DNA from: Octopus sinensis | Lineage: Eukaryota | Assembly (NCBI RefSeq): GCF_006345805.1 | Contig: NC_043001.1 | Coordinates: 120,218,001 to 120,282,000 of the forward strand | Reading direction: 5' to 3' | Length of the DNA: 64,000 nucleotides | Part shown: piece by piece, positions 27,020 to 39,399 of the stretch | Position numbering within the stretch: the stretch's first letter is position 1 | Layout: each line of letters opens with the position of its first letter | Translations under genes and position numbers: made by a program | The notes under the pieces: generated by a model | What the model was told of the DNA's origin: nothing | Database searches by the model: none | The model's input: only the letters and a program-made list of their open reading frames with translations

Positions 27020-27170
27020 GTACATTATTATTTACACTATTTACAATTGACGGATATTTGTCTTCATCTTGTTTGTTGTTAACACATTTCGGCTGATATA
27101 TCCTCCAGCCTTCATCAGGTGTCTTGGGGAATTTTCGAACCTGGGTTCTCATTCCTAGGGTATTTTTTGA

Positions 27171-27204
<34 letters not shown>

Positions 27205-27241
27205 ATTATTGTTATTATTATTATAATTATTATTATTATTA

Positions 27242-27294
<53 letters not shown>

Positions 27295-27518
27295 TCACTG
27301 CCTCGAATCGAACTCGGAATCTTGGGGTTAGTAGCCCGCAAGGTCATGAGCTATTTATCTTGATATGAGATTGCCATGTCGCGCATACGAATGTGATTCA
27401 TATACTTGATGTGCCCTTATCACACGGGTAGTTATGATGGGTATACTGGGCTTCGCATATTTTATCCCAGTGTCACTTTGAATGGCATGCACTTCTCTGT
27501 CACTCAATAATAATAATA

Positions 27519-27551
<33 letters not shown>

Positions 27552-27735
27552 ACAACAACAACAACATCGAAAAATACCTTAGGAATGAGGTCCCAGGTTC
27601 GAAATTTCCCCAAGACACCTGATGAAGGCCGGAGGGTATAACAACAAACAAGATGGAGACAAATATCCGTCAGTTGTAAATAATATAAATAATGTACATA
27701 ATTCCTCATCTCTTAAATAATAATAATGAAATTAT
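27020..27735. mobile_element. SINE cluster: tRNA-headed SINE with (AAT)n on -, a different SINE tail on + (homolog at ~25460-25790), and a second copy of the first SINE body on +
   Basis: 27020-27175 is the reverse complement of 27566-27720; tRNA-like B box GAGTTCGATTCGAGG on - at ~27300-27320. Confidence 0.7.
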
Positions 27736-28266
27736 TGTATACAGTGTTCAGGTGCACCACAACTTGTCAAAAGTGCGCATAAAGCATATGCAGTAATGTA
27801 CAAATGTCTGGAAAGTGAACAGTGTATGAGTCAGATACATGCTTGCGTGTATGAAGGGTAGAGCTGTATACGTTCATGCGCCCGGTATTATGACTATTTC
27901 AACTATTACCTGTTTTGGGGTTATTTTCAGGTACGTGAAAACTAAGATATCAAACTGGGAACTAAAAGAAAATGGTAAAACACGAAAATAGGAACTACTG
28001 GATGAGATAATGTGCTTTTGAAACGGAATATTCCAAAGAGATCATCATCACTGCTTGCGCTTTATCTACCTCTTGCCCAGTTATTTATATACGTAAATAT
28101 TTTTAACTGCAAGATTGGTGGAATCCAAATATCTGACATGCATGATCTCGAATTGATTTCCGTTTCAAAGTAAAATATATAAAACCATTTTTAATATGTA
28201 AATCTCTTGTTTATAGAGTTTGTAGTTTTGAATATGATGGGTTATTTTGTATTGAAATTAATTTAG

Positions 28267-28484
28267 CCAGTCAACTTCGATAATGGAATCAGCTGGACAT
28301 TACCAGTATCGACAGTTGAGAACCAAGTTTCCGGATTAACCAAATTAACCCGAAAGGAATATATAATGGACTGGTTCCCCCCAAAGCATGACGATGATAA
28401 CAAAGATGGTAGTAGTCCAGACATTACCAACATTCCGAATGTAACAATCTGCGAACGACTTGAAAAGAACAGAATATGCACAAA
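28267..28484 (+). CDS. candidate internal exon of unidentified host gene (PVNFDNGISWTLPVSTVENQVSGLTKLTRKEYIMDWFPPKHDDDNKDGSSPDITNIPNVTICERLEKNRICT)
   Basis: 72 stop-free codons in AT-rich unique sequence, tandem acceptors TTTAG|CCAG|, donor AA|GTAAGA; an antisense ORF spans nearly the same interval. Confidence 0.55.
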
Positions 28485-29230
28485 GTAAGAAAATAGTTTA
28501 TATAATACAGACTACACTAAAAAATCCGATACAATATCTCTATCTACAAATAAAAGAAAGGAATAAGACTTAGGTAAAAGGAGAGGCTCGAAAAGGATTC
28601 GCAATTGGATTACATATTTCTTAAGAAAACTATTTCAAATAAGAATATGTCTAAATTAACAAAAGCGTTGCTAAATATAAAAAGAAACATAAAAATATTT
28701 GGAGAAGTAGGATTAGTAAATATGTTCACACTCATATTACTAACTGCAGATATATACCAGACAGAATCAGAAGAGGCAAAAACTAAGTCATAAAGCCAGG
28801 AAAATAAGTAACACACATAGCAATGAAGAATATAAAAAATCTGAATAGAAAAGAAAATATTCTATAGAAAATTACCAAAACAACTCTGAATGGATAGTAA
28901 CAATCAAAGTATTTACAACAAGTTCTATATTTTATAATGGTAAAGAAAAACAAAATTCCTTTTTATTGAAACTTTCACTATATTTTAATGAAAACAAAAT
29001 ATTAAAGCTAAGTGTAGCATAAAGGGATTATATTTAAGGAATAAACAAATTCATTCTAGTCAGGTGTCCACACCACTAAACACTGGAATATGTAAAAAAA
29101 TAACAATCTCCATTAAAACGTACGTAATGGAATAGTCTTTTCAAAGCTCTTTTAGAGACTAGCAGGCACCTCTTTAAATCAAACCATGGTTGTCAAACAG
29201 TACGCCACAGGAGAAAACTGGTTACACAGC

Positions 29231-29288
<58 letters not shown>

Positions 29289-30500
29289 TAATTTAAAACA
29301 TCGGAAAATCCATAATAATGAAACAGTATCTTGAAAATTGTTTTGTTCATAATTTTGTTATACGCAAGTAAGATTGATAAAACAGCGTAATAATTAGTTT
29401 TCTATAGTTTTTTCCTGTGATCTTAGCTTTAAAATATAGTGCTTAAATTTACGTGTGAAAATCTCTAGTATTTATTTTAATCTCCAGAGACCCACTATCT
29501 TAGATGTTCAAAGGAGGACGCATAGGATGATGCAATCCTAGATACACTCACAAAAGGCAGGATGGTCATAGCTAGAACGCATTTTATCTCTAAATCTATT
29601 CCATCAGAGCTAGGATTAAACTATCATAAGGGATGTATATATTTCAGCAGCAGCAGCATCATTTATTGGAATATATACACTCACAGAGATACGAAAACCG
29701 ATATTGTCATTAAAATGCCCTGATAAACTGATGCTCCTTCCATCGACCCCGAAAGAATGAAAGACAAAGTCAACCTCGACGGAATTTGCCCTCAGAAAGA
29801 AAAGAAGGATTAAATGCGGCTAAGCATTTCTACCGGTTCGTCGCCTTCAGCTGATTACATATATTGACATTGCATGATTGTATTCATTGCTAATATGCTA
29901 TGATTATACTTGATTAATGGTTTCTACTTTTAGGATGTTCTGTGGCATACACACATACACACACACAATGGCACGTGCATATTCACACATATACTCACAC
30001 ACACGCACACACACGCAAACACACACACACATATACACATGGACAGACATGGACATATATACATTGATAGACAATTACCTAGATATAAATGCACAAACAA
30101 TAATAATTTATACCCATATTGTGTTGGTTGTGTTTACATGATTATATTTGCACATTAGATGCGAGTCAAAACAAAACAACCCACAGGTTTCAATTAATCG
30201 GCGAATGAGAAGGATTATTTATAAGCCTATTAACAGCTTCACTTTCAAAAGATATTTCATACCAATTTTCTTCAATAATGTTCTTGTCACTCTCAAGGTT
30301 TATTTCATTCTATCAGCCGTTTTGATAAGGAATTTCAGACCGTAGATGAGTTGTCTCTCATTCGTTTTGTTCTTTCTAATTTTCCCTGAAGAAGTCACCG
30401 ACCGAAACGTAAGATTTTTCCACGACTCGCAGCCAGTCTACTCTACTCTTTCACGTTTCTAAACACAATCCTTCGCTACAACACACGCACGCACGCACGC

Positions 30501-30560
<60 letters not shown>

Positions 30561-30566
30561 GTATAT

Positions 30567-30770
30567 ACTTATTTCTTTACTGCCCACAAGGGGCTAAACA
30601 CAGAGAGGACAAACAAGGACAGACAAACGGATTAAGTCGATTATATCGACCCCAGTGCGTAAATGGTACTTACTTAATCAACCCTGAAAGGATGAAAGAC
30701 AAAGTCGACCCCGGCGGAATTTGAACTCAGAACGTAACCGCGGACGAAATACCGCTAAACATTTCGCATA
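30567..30770 (-). mobile_element. SINE, same family as 12907-13146
   Basis: Near-identical body TTTCTTTACT.CCCACAAGGGG.TAAACACAGAG.GGACAAACAAGGACAGACAAA. Confidence 0.8.
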
Positions 30771-31514
30771 TATATACATATATATACATACTTGGGTAGG
30801 TGTATGTGTGTTCGTGGTGGAGCGTTTGTGTACATGGTTGAAGGTGTGAGTGCACGAGCAGGCATCTTCGTCCTCATCCAAACATGAATCAATAACAAAT
30901 TGGAAGTTATTTGAATTAAGTATTTGGTAAAATAGTTGCTTTCTTTACTCGTTTATTTTATTATTTCCATTTATGCATGTTCTTATTCTTCTGCTGTATT
31001 ACTTTCTTTATAGAAGATCGACGTCTTGATTGGTCCACATAAACGAAGCTAATTATATAATCATTACTAGTCATGAAAAGCAAGATTGATTACAATCTCT
31101 CCTTCTTTTCCAACGATTACATTTCATTACTTTTTCATGAAGCGCTACTTCGTCTTTCTAACATAGCCTTCATCGTTAATTCTATTAGCCATCAAATTTA
31201 TTTCTTCTTCGCCCTCCCCCCACCACAACTACTTTCAATTTGGAATAACAAACTGCATTCCTTTTACTTTTATGATTTGGAGTTTATATTTGTTTTATAA
31301 CAAGTACGTGCATACCTAAGTTTGTGTGTTTGTGTGTGTCTGTGTGCGCGCATGCGTACGTGTGTGCGTGTATGAATGTATATAATTATCTCTTTATATG
31401 CATATTCATTTACTTTCGTATATTTTATCCCGTTCACGTACGTTTGTGTTTAAGCAGTCGTGTGAACGCATGTACACACACAAACACACGCGTGCGCGTA
31501 TATATGTGCGTGTG

Positions 31515-31546
<32 letters not shown>

Positions 31547-31633
31547 CGCGCGTGCGTGCGTGTGCGTATGTGTACATGTGTATACATGTGTATATGTCTT
31601 TATCAATCTGCTTATATAATTACATGTGTATGT

Positions 31634-31664
<31 letters not shown>

Positions 31665-31686
31665 CACACACATATATATATTTACG

Positions 31687-31738
<52 letters not shown>

Positions 31739-32379
31739 TGTATGTATGTATGTATGTATGTATGTATGTATATAGAGAACACATTATATCGATTTGTTTT
31801 ATCGTTTACACATTTTAAATTCAGAATAGATTTTGGCAATTTTCTGCTCCATCTCCCTAAATTATTGTTGCTGTTTATTGTTACTTTCTTCAGATTCGCT
31901 TTATTTTTCATTTATTATTCCTATTTTGTTTTACGCAGTTTAATTCCATCGCACCCTAAAGTTTCTTCTCTCTCTCTTTCTCCTACTCATCACTTCCTTT
32001 AGTTTTTGTTCTTCTAATGCTACTTCTTTCTCTCTCAACTCTATTTTCTCCTCTCTTTCTGCCTCCTATTCTTTTCCTTCTTCTTCTACTTATTTTGCCT
32101 CTCATTCTTTGTCTATTCTCCATTTTCTTCAGGTATTTTGAAACACATTTAGCATGTTTGTATTTACTCTAACAATCAAGCTTATTACCCAATGAAGTCT
32201 TTGTTCTAAAAAATTGTTACAAGTTTCATTCAATCAGCGCTTGGTATTTCTTTTCAATTGATACTTCTGGCTAACTATAAATACCTTCCTAAGATTACAT
32301 TTCCCTCATTTTTTCGGTTGAAAATCAAAAACGCTTAACTCAGCATTACGATTTGTGAAGGCTGTATCATGCGTGGGGA

Positions 32380-32975
32380 CATATAAATAATCGGACTGAA
32401 TACTCGATCGCGCGGTTAAACTATTGGGAGAGAAGGGCCCCTAGCCTTTGTTAGGGCATCCTTCTAGTAGAAGGCAACTCAGGTAACTGGGATAACTCCG
32501 ACATAAAATCTGCGGCTCAGTGGTTACCGATGATGTTGACTGCTTTTCGGATTATGGCTGCTGTTGCTTAGTGAGTGGGATTGACTCAGTGCACAGCCCC
32601 TAAATTCCAACCCCTCCTCATCGTGGTAAGGGGGTGAAACGGGAGTAACAGAGCTATATCGTCGGAGACTTCGCTTTCTGGTAGGGCCACCCAAGGCGGA
32701 TTGTTCTGGCACCCAGCGGTATCAGGGCCGCACCCGGCTAACGGCTCTGGTGAACAGAAGCGTCTGATCCGGCAACCGGCGGCTTCAAACCGTCCTGTCC
32801 CTGCGTCTGTGGAAAATCTACAGCAAACAAGACGTTCTCCCAACAGGGATATACTTGCGGCTTAGGACCGCTAGCGAACTTCCTATTCCTAAAATCCTTC
32901 AAATATTCCTCATTCCTCATGTAAGTCAAGAAGATTTTAGCGGTGAAGGGTGCCGGATGTTCTAATTTTGTTATT
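32380..32975 (+). mobile_element. GC-rich RTE-type LINE 5'UTR remnant
   Basis: CCCCTCCTCATCGTGGTAAGGGGG...GAGCTA...GGTAGGGCCACCCAAGGCGG resembles Expander/Rex3-type RTE leaders (recalled pattern); no ORF follows. Confidence 0.4.
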
Positions 32976-33281
32976 GAGTACTCTTCTTGTTATTATAATT
33001 ACAATGGGGCCCCATGATAATTCCGCGGTGCAAGTCAGTGCACTTGGAAACATTAATATATTATGCACAAGCAAACAATTTCAAAACAGTCTTTTGAAAT
33101 CCTGATATTTAATCAAAACTGTACTTTCAAATATAACCGAAATGAACTTAGAAGTCATTGCTTATTCACTTTCCTATTTGTATCCCTTTCTCCTACCTCT
33201 CTCTCTCTCTCACTCTATCTATCTATCTATCTATCTATTTGTCTATCTGTCTGTCTGTTTATCAATCTATCTATCTCGCTT

Positions 33282-33327
<46 letters not shown>

Positions 33328-33396
33328 CACATATATATATCTATATAAATCTATATATCTATATTTCTCTATCTATCTATATATATATATATAATA

Positions 33397-34274
33397 GCAA
33401 TTTAATAAATAAAATATATGCATACATACATACATATATGTACGTACCTACATCTATATGTATATATACATGCATATATATACATTTATGAGTACAGGAC
33501 ACCACAAATAAACGTAGAACACAATGAGAAACGAAAACATAAAAACAAACTAGGAAACGGACTTTTTTTAACAACGGAAAAAACAGAGTACAAGACAAAC
33601 AATACATACAAGGAATATTCCCCTTCATCAGCTGCCCCTGGTTCGACTCAATGCGTGTTTCGAAGGTAAGGGCAGAACACGATCCGGCCGAAGCAATCCT
33701 ACCTGCAAAATGAATTAAATAAAATTCTTTTGCAGAGGGGTAAAACAAGGAAAGATTAAAAGTGACAAGAACAGGACGTAAAAGCAATACAAATAAAAAT
33801 ACAGTACACATAAAGAATAAAAACAGGACAATGAAACCAACATCGAGGGCTTTTTTAAGCCAAGACGGTGGGAAAATTTGTTGGCGCGCGATTCAGAATC
33901 GACTTGCTAGAGACAGAAAAAGTCGATGTTGACTTGCTGAAAGCTACGAGCAAAGGAAAGTTAGTTAATAGTCCAGTCAGCAGTGAGAGAGAGAGGAGGA
34001 GGAGTGAGAGAGAGAGAGAGAGAGAGAGGAAAGGAAACCAGAAATGGTGAAAAATAAGGAGAGAGACAGGTAAAGAGGAAGACAGACAGGAAGGAAGGAA
34101 AGGTCAAGTAGAGGGTTAGAAAGTGCGCGTCATAATTATATATAAAAACTTACTTGGAGGATAAGAAACGAAACGACGCGAGGCGCTCAGTCATATAATA
34201 ACAATTTAATAAATAAAATATATGCATACATACATATATATATGTACGTACCTACATCTATATGTATATATACA

Positions 34275-34315
<41 letters not shown>

Positions 34316-34430
34316 GAGTACAGGACACCACAAATAAACGTAGAACACAACGAGAAACGAAAACATAAAAACAAACTAGGAAACAGACTTTTTTAACAAC
34401 GAAAAACAGAGTACAAGACAAACAATACAA
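33397..34430 (-). mobile_element. PLE-type non-coding unit (~810 nt) with partial tandem copy
   Basis: 33397-33620 is repeated at ~34205-34435; a further family copy lies at 53843-54650. Confidence 0.5.
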
Positions 34431-34431
34431 G

Positions 34432-34477
<46 letters not shown>

Positions 34478-34485
34478 ATATATAT

Positions 34486-34520
<35 letters not shown>

Positions 34521-34633
34521 GATTCTCCCGACCCAAATTCGGTCTGTCACTACTGATCAAACTTCGGTCAGATCTAATCAAATGACGCTTTGTCCTTGTT
34601 CTTGAAATGTTCAATGTTCAATTCTTAGATGTA

Positions 34634-34730
34634 TTTACCTGATGAAAACGGTTTATTTATATATTTATTTTGGATGATGTAACACTTCTGTTCATCATTA
34701 AAAAATTATCTCTGAAACAGCTGTAGTGGA
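34634..34730 (+). ncRNA. degenerate type-I hammerhead
   Basis: TTTAC-CTGATGA...GAAA-CAGCTG-TA-GTGGA: stem I 5 bp (2 wobbles), palindromic stem III; proximal stem II does not pair. Confidence 0.45.
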
Positions 34731-35123
34731 CTACAATCCTTTGGTTGTTATTTATTATATATAAATGTGTGTATGTGTGTATATGTGTGCATGTATGCGT
34801 TTGAGTAGATACATATTGTCATAGATACTGTCGTCATTGGCTTGAGCTGTTTCTCGTGTTCAACCATATCAATTTGATACGTTTCAAATCTGAAAAGGCC
34901 AATCCGCGCGCGGACCCGTGAGATCAAAGATATCAGGCAAAAGTTGGTAGATGTTGTGTAGTTAATGTTGTTGCATCATACATTCTTTGCGTTATTTTCC
35001 CAAATTTCTTTATCTTCTAACCTCAGAAATCTCAGCTCTGGTGGTGATAAGGTGATGCCAGTTGGAACCGTACTAAGCTTCACATGGCCACGTTTTTATC
35101 TAAATGGCAGCTAGATTGCGAAG

Positions 35124-35196
<73 letters not shown>

Positions 35197-35772
35197 CGAT
35201 ATATGCTATAATTCACTACTGATAACCATAAAGTGTTAACAAACACCCTGTATTTAGACGGATGTAAATACTACGGATATATTCTGTGAAACACGCAAAT
35301 AGGCAAACACATTTTAAATTTATTTATCAAGCCTCTCTGTTGTCATCGTGTATCCATAACTTATAATACAGAATAAAACAGAACCAGCAAGCGGTCTTCA
35401 AATAGCGAAAAAAATTATACTGGATTTAATTCTTGGTGTTGTGAATCGCAGGGTGATATACTTCACTTCTTGTGCTGTCTGTAGATAAATAAATGTGTTT
35501 ACGTTTAAGAGATCTCATGACCTTTAGTGGAATTCTGAGCAAAAGATCAATATTTAAATATAGAAAAATAATTTTATTAGCAGCATATATAAGGGACTCT
35601 TAACTTTGTTTGGCATTGCAAATATAAGGACTTACTAATACAAGAATGCAAAGACACGCACACAACACACACACATGCATGTGTATAAGTGTTTGTATAT
35701 GCACATGCAGATTTATATACACAAGTATATACATATATATATGTATATATATATAGTGAAACGAAGACGGGT

Positions 35773-36478
35773 ATCTAAACAAGAAAGAAAAAATTAGTCA
35801 ATAGACTATATATTATTCAGAGAAGAATACAGTGTGCGTTCAAACACAAAACCTTGCAGGGTCTAGGATTAAGGTAAAAGTTTTTTTTATTTTTCAATCA
35901 CTTTCGGAATTACAACAATTGGTGGCTTGGAGTTTTAACTGCTCTTTCTAGTGAGTCAGATATCCTATTCTTCGGGTATCTCTTTTGTGTTTGAACGCAC
36001 ACTGTATTCTTCTCTGAATAATATATAGTCTATTGACTAATTTTTTCTTCCTCGCTAGACCACTGGTAACTAAGAATTTTTCGATGAATATTCTGCTACC
36101 CTAAGATTTTAATTAATGATAAAATGCATTTTGGCTAATTCTGGAAGAAAATCGGCAATTTATTTATTTAGTGCTGGTTGAGTTCTGCATCTGCATTAGA
36201 ACCTATAGACACGTGGCTGATTACGTATAGCTTCATGTCTATGGATTCAGTCTTGGCAACCTACTGAGGACGCAGCGCTAGATATAGACAGAAATTATCT
36301 TGTTTCAATCTGTATTTAAGTCTGCAGAAACCTTGCAGTGTCTAGGATTAAGGTAAAAGTTTTTATTTTTCAATCACTTTCGGAATTACAACAATTAGTG
36401 GCTTGGAGTTTTAACTGCTCTTTCTAGCGAGTCATATATCCTTTTATTCAGGTATCTCTTTTGTGTTTGAACGTACAC

Positions 36479-36479
<1 letters not shown>
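35773..36479 (+). mobile_element. non-coding hammerhead-bearing element: 479-nt unit in partial tandem, 5' inverted segment, 3' (TA)n
   Basis: CCTTGCAG.GTCTAGGATTAAGG at 35852 and 36331; ~35783-35851 is the reverse complement of ~35983-36048. Confidence 0.75.
36260..36346 (+). ncRNA. type-I hammerhead ribozyme (near intact)
   Basis: CCTA-CTGAGGA-CGCAG..(9-bp distal helix)..CTGCA-GAAA-CCTTGCAGTG-TC-TAGG. Mismatches at the stem II closing pair and one in stem III; the upstream copy has the pairing GGG variant. Confidence 0.7.
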
Positions 36480-36511
<32 letters not shown>

Positions 36512-36513
36512 TA

Positions 36514-36569
<56 letters not shown>

Positions 36570-37501
36570 TATTATCATTATTATTATTATTAATTGAACG
36601 CCATGCATCGATTTCCAAGTAAATTTATCTTCAGCTTTTTGATGCGACTCTACTTTTTTCTTCCCCCATCCTCCACTAATTCCCTTCTTCTCTCCTTACA
36701 TCTATTCACAGTTTTCTATCTATCTATCTCTCCTACCCTTTCTATTTTCTCTCCCTCGTTGCTCACATGTGACCATCATCCATCCTTCTTTATCTCACGT
36801 GACCATCTTTCTTTTCCTGTACGGGCGTTCAAAAGACTATTCGTTTTATTTCTCTTTCTTCTATCATTTCTCTTTTTTCAAAGAAAATATTTCTTCAAGC
36901 GTTCACTATTTTCCTCTCGTTCTGGTCTAAAACCGTCCATGTTTGTTTTCGTTCGGTTTCCTTGTATGACTCCACTATCCTGTTTTTGTTCCCAACTTTG
37001 ACTCTCCATATATCCTAAATTTTATTTTAGAATTTATGGGAGCAACTCTCTTTGAAGACTCAAATTGTCATTGAATGCTTGAAATTAGGTGTAGATAGAT
37101 AGCCGACAACCGATGAAGAATCCTTTCTCTATGTTTACTTGTCCTGTTTTAACGTATTTCATGTTGTTTGCACAGTTGGTGACGTCTTCAACCCATATAT
37201 TCATATATATATAAAAGTATGTATGTATGTATGTATGTATGTATGTATGTATGTATGTATGTATGTATGTATGTATGTATGTATGTAGTATGTATGTATA
37301 TATATATATATAATACAAATAAGAAAATGGAGAAACAAATTTAGTTTGTTCATCAACTTACGGATATTATAATGTTAGATTATTTATTCATTTTACAAAT
37401 GAGAACATCAAAAGCATACAAAATATTATATAAATCAATAGATAAGATAATAATACAAATTCAGATTTTAAAAGTCATATTATAAATTATTGAAATCCAG
37501 A

Positions 37502-37650
37502 AATTACTTCTTACAGCTGTTTCAGCCTATGGTCAAAAGTGAATCTAATTTTCATTGCCTATAGATGTCAACATACTAGGTTTGTAGACATTTAAAAAAT
37601 ATAATACTTATATGTTAAAAGAACCATAGGCCTCGTCAGAGGTTATAATT
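37502..37650 (-). ncRNA. type-I hammerhead with 89-nt stem II loop
   Basis: Minus strand AATTATAACCT-CTGACGA-GGCCTATGGT..ACCATAGGCT-GAAA-CAGCTG-TA-AGAAGTAATT; 10-bp stem II, palindromic stem III, interrupted stem I. Confidence 0.65.
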
Positions 37651-37736
37651 AACTTTTAAAATATAATGATAATATTAATATACTAAATATGCTGCACGTA
37701 TTACTTAATATATACAAATAAACAACAAAAAATATC

Positions 37737-37774
<38 letters not shown>

Positions 37775-37859
37775 CATACATATAAAGACATAAGCAAAGC
37801 GTACAAACTATTCACATGCGCAAAATACATTAATGAACACCATTGAACAATATATAAGA

Positions 37860-38606
37860 TTGGATATACCATGCGTCGTAGACTTATGTAAATACATTTG
37901 AACGTATATTCTCTGAATATGATCAGAAAGATAGGGTTCGAGTATACAGGGGTCTAAAAAGAAATTACAAAACATTATACGTAATGATACCAGTGGTACC
38001 TGCCCTTGATATAGAGACAAAGAATGGAATAGGATACAAAGAACTTGTGACAAAGCAAACAGGGCAAACACGTGGTATAAAACCGACAAATATCAAAGAG
38101 TGATGTTTGTAGAGACTACAGCCCATGGAGAACTAGCCCGTAGATTTAGAAAAGCTCTGAAGGAGAGCAAACTCAACATTAAGACTGTTGAAAAACCAGG
38201 GAATTCCGTCAGATCACAACTATGTAGGACTTACCCCTTTGAGAATACCATATCCACCAATGATAACTGCATGGTATGTAGTATTAGCCCTGGTATTAAC
38301 TGTAGAACTAGAAATGTAGTTTAGAGCAATAAGATGTATAGAAGGTGCTTGTAAAGACATGAACATGACATACATAAGGGAAACATCTAGAAACATTGCG
38401 GAACGAATGAATATTTGAGACGATATGACGACAAAAAACAGTCCACCATACTCTACCAATATACAAAGGACCAATATGGAGGCAACCTGGGTCAACTTGA
38501 CATCCGCATCTTATGCAAGCACCCAAAGGACCCAACACTCAGACAAATACAGGAGTACGTCCTCATAAATGAAACCGCCCCAATACTAAATAGGAAATAT
38601 ACATAG
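37860..38606 (+). pseudogene. Penelope-like element RT thumb/linker plus GIY-YIG endonuclease (Naiad-like), disrupted
   Basis: CP*YRDKEW..WYK..VMFVETT..IKTVEKPG..CMVC..NCRTRNVV / AIRC..C..YI.ETSR..ER / RQIQEYVLI..LN. Clade call is from recalled motifs. Confidence 0.75.
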
Positions 38607-39399
38607 CAGATATCATACCCCCATACCCAGTTTACACAGGTAGAGTAGAATAGTTAGGGGGCTATTATGTAGATATATATATATGAGTGTGTGTGTGTGT
38701 GTGTGTGCGTGTGTGTATGTGAGTGTGTGTGAGTGCATATATATATATATACATATACATGTATATGCACATGTATGCAAGCATATGGATATGAAAGTAA
38801 ACAGATCAACATACAGATTGATAGGAACATAGGTTATATGAACAAACAAGTACACATACGCACACAGGCACAAATGAAGACTGAAACACATGACCATATA
38901 TGCAAACACGGTACATAGTTGCAAAACACACACGCACACTCAGAGATGCAGACACAAGGAGACAGAGGTACACACATATACAAACACACACACACAAATA
39001 TACATATAAACACACAAACACGGACATGCAAACACATGAATATGCAGAATGCATACATAAATGCACGCAATACATGCATACACACGTGCATGTATGCATA
39101 CATACATGCATGTATATGCACATACACACACTAACTCACACACATGCGCACAGAGAAACAAAAAGGAACGCAGTGTGAATAACGGACAGAGTCAAAACTA
39201 TTGAAAAGGTTGCAAGACTCAACGAAAAATTTTAGGAAAATAAAGAAGATAAGTGGAAATTCTACCGGTGGGTGTGTCAAATTATAATTTAGGCACTGAA
39301 AGAGAATAACCCTCCCCAGACACAACAGTATATGCTTCAACACACGAACTCACATAAAGTATCTTGCAAACCAAATCCAAAAACGAAATTGTAAATAGT

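Noticed and set aside
33630-33665. Type-II hammerhead (GAAA...GTC...CTGATGA on -)
   Set aside because: Stems I and II do not pair at the core-closing positions; the same holds for the 54180-54220 copy.
34960-35090. LRR-like peptide LSTVPTGITLSPPELRFLRLEDKEI on -, and a strong + acceptor at ~35026
   Set aside because: No splice-bounded stop-free frame on either strand.
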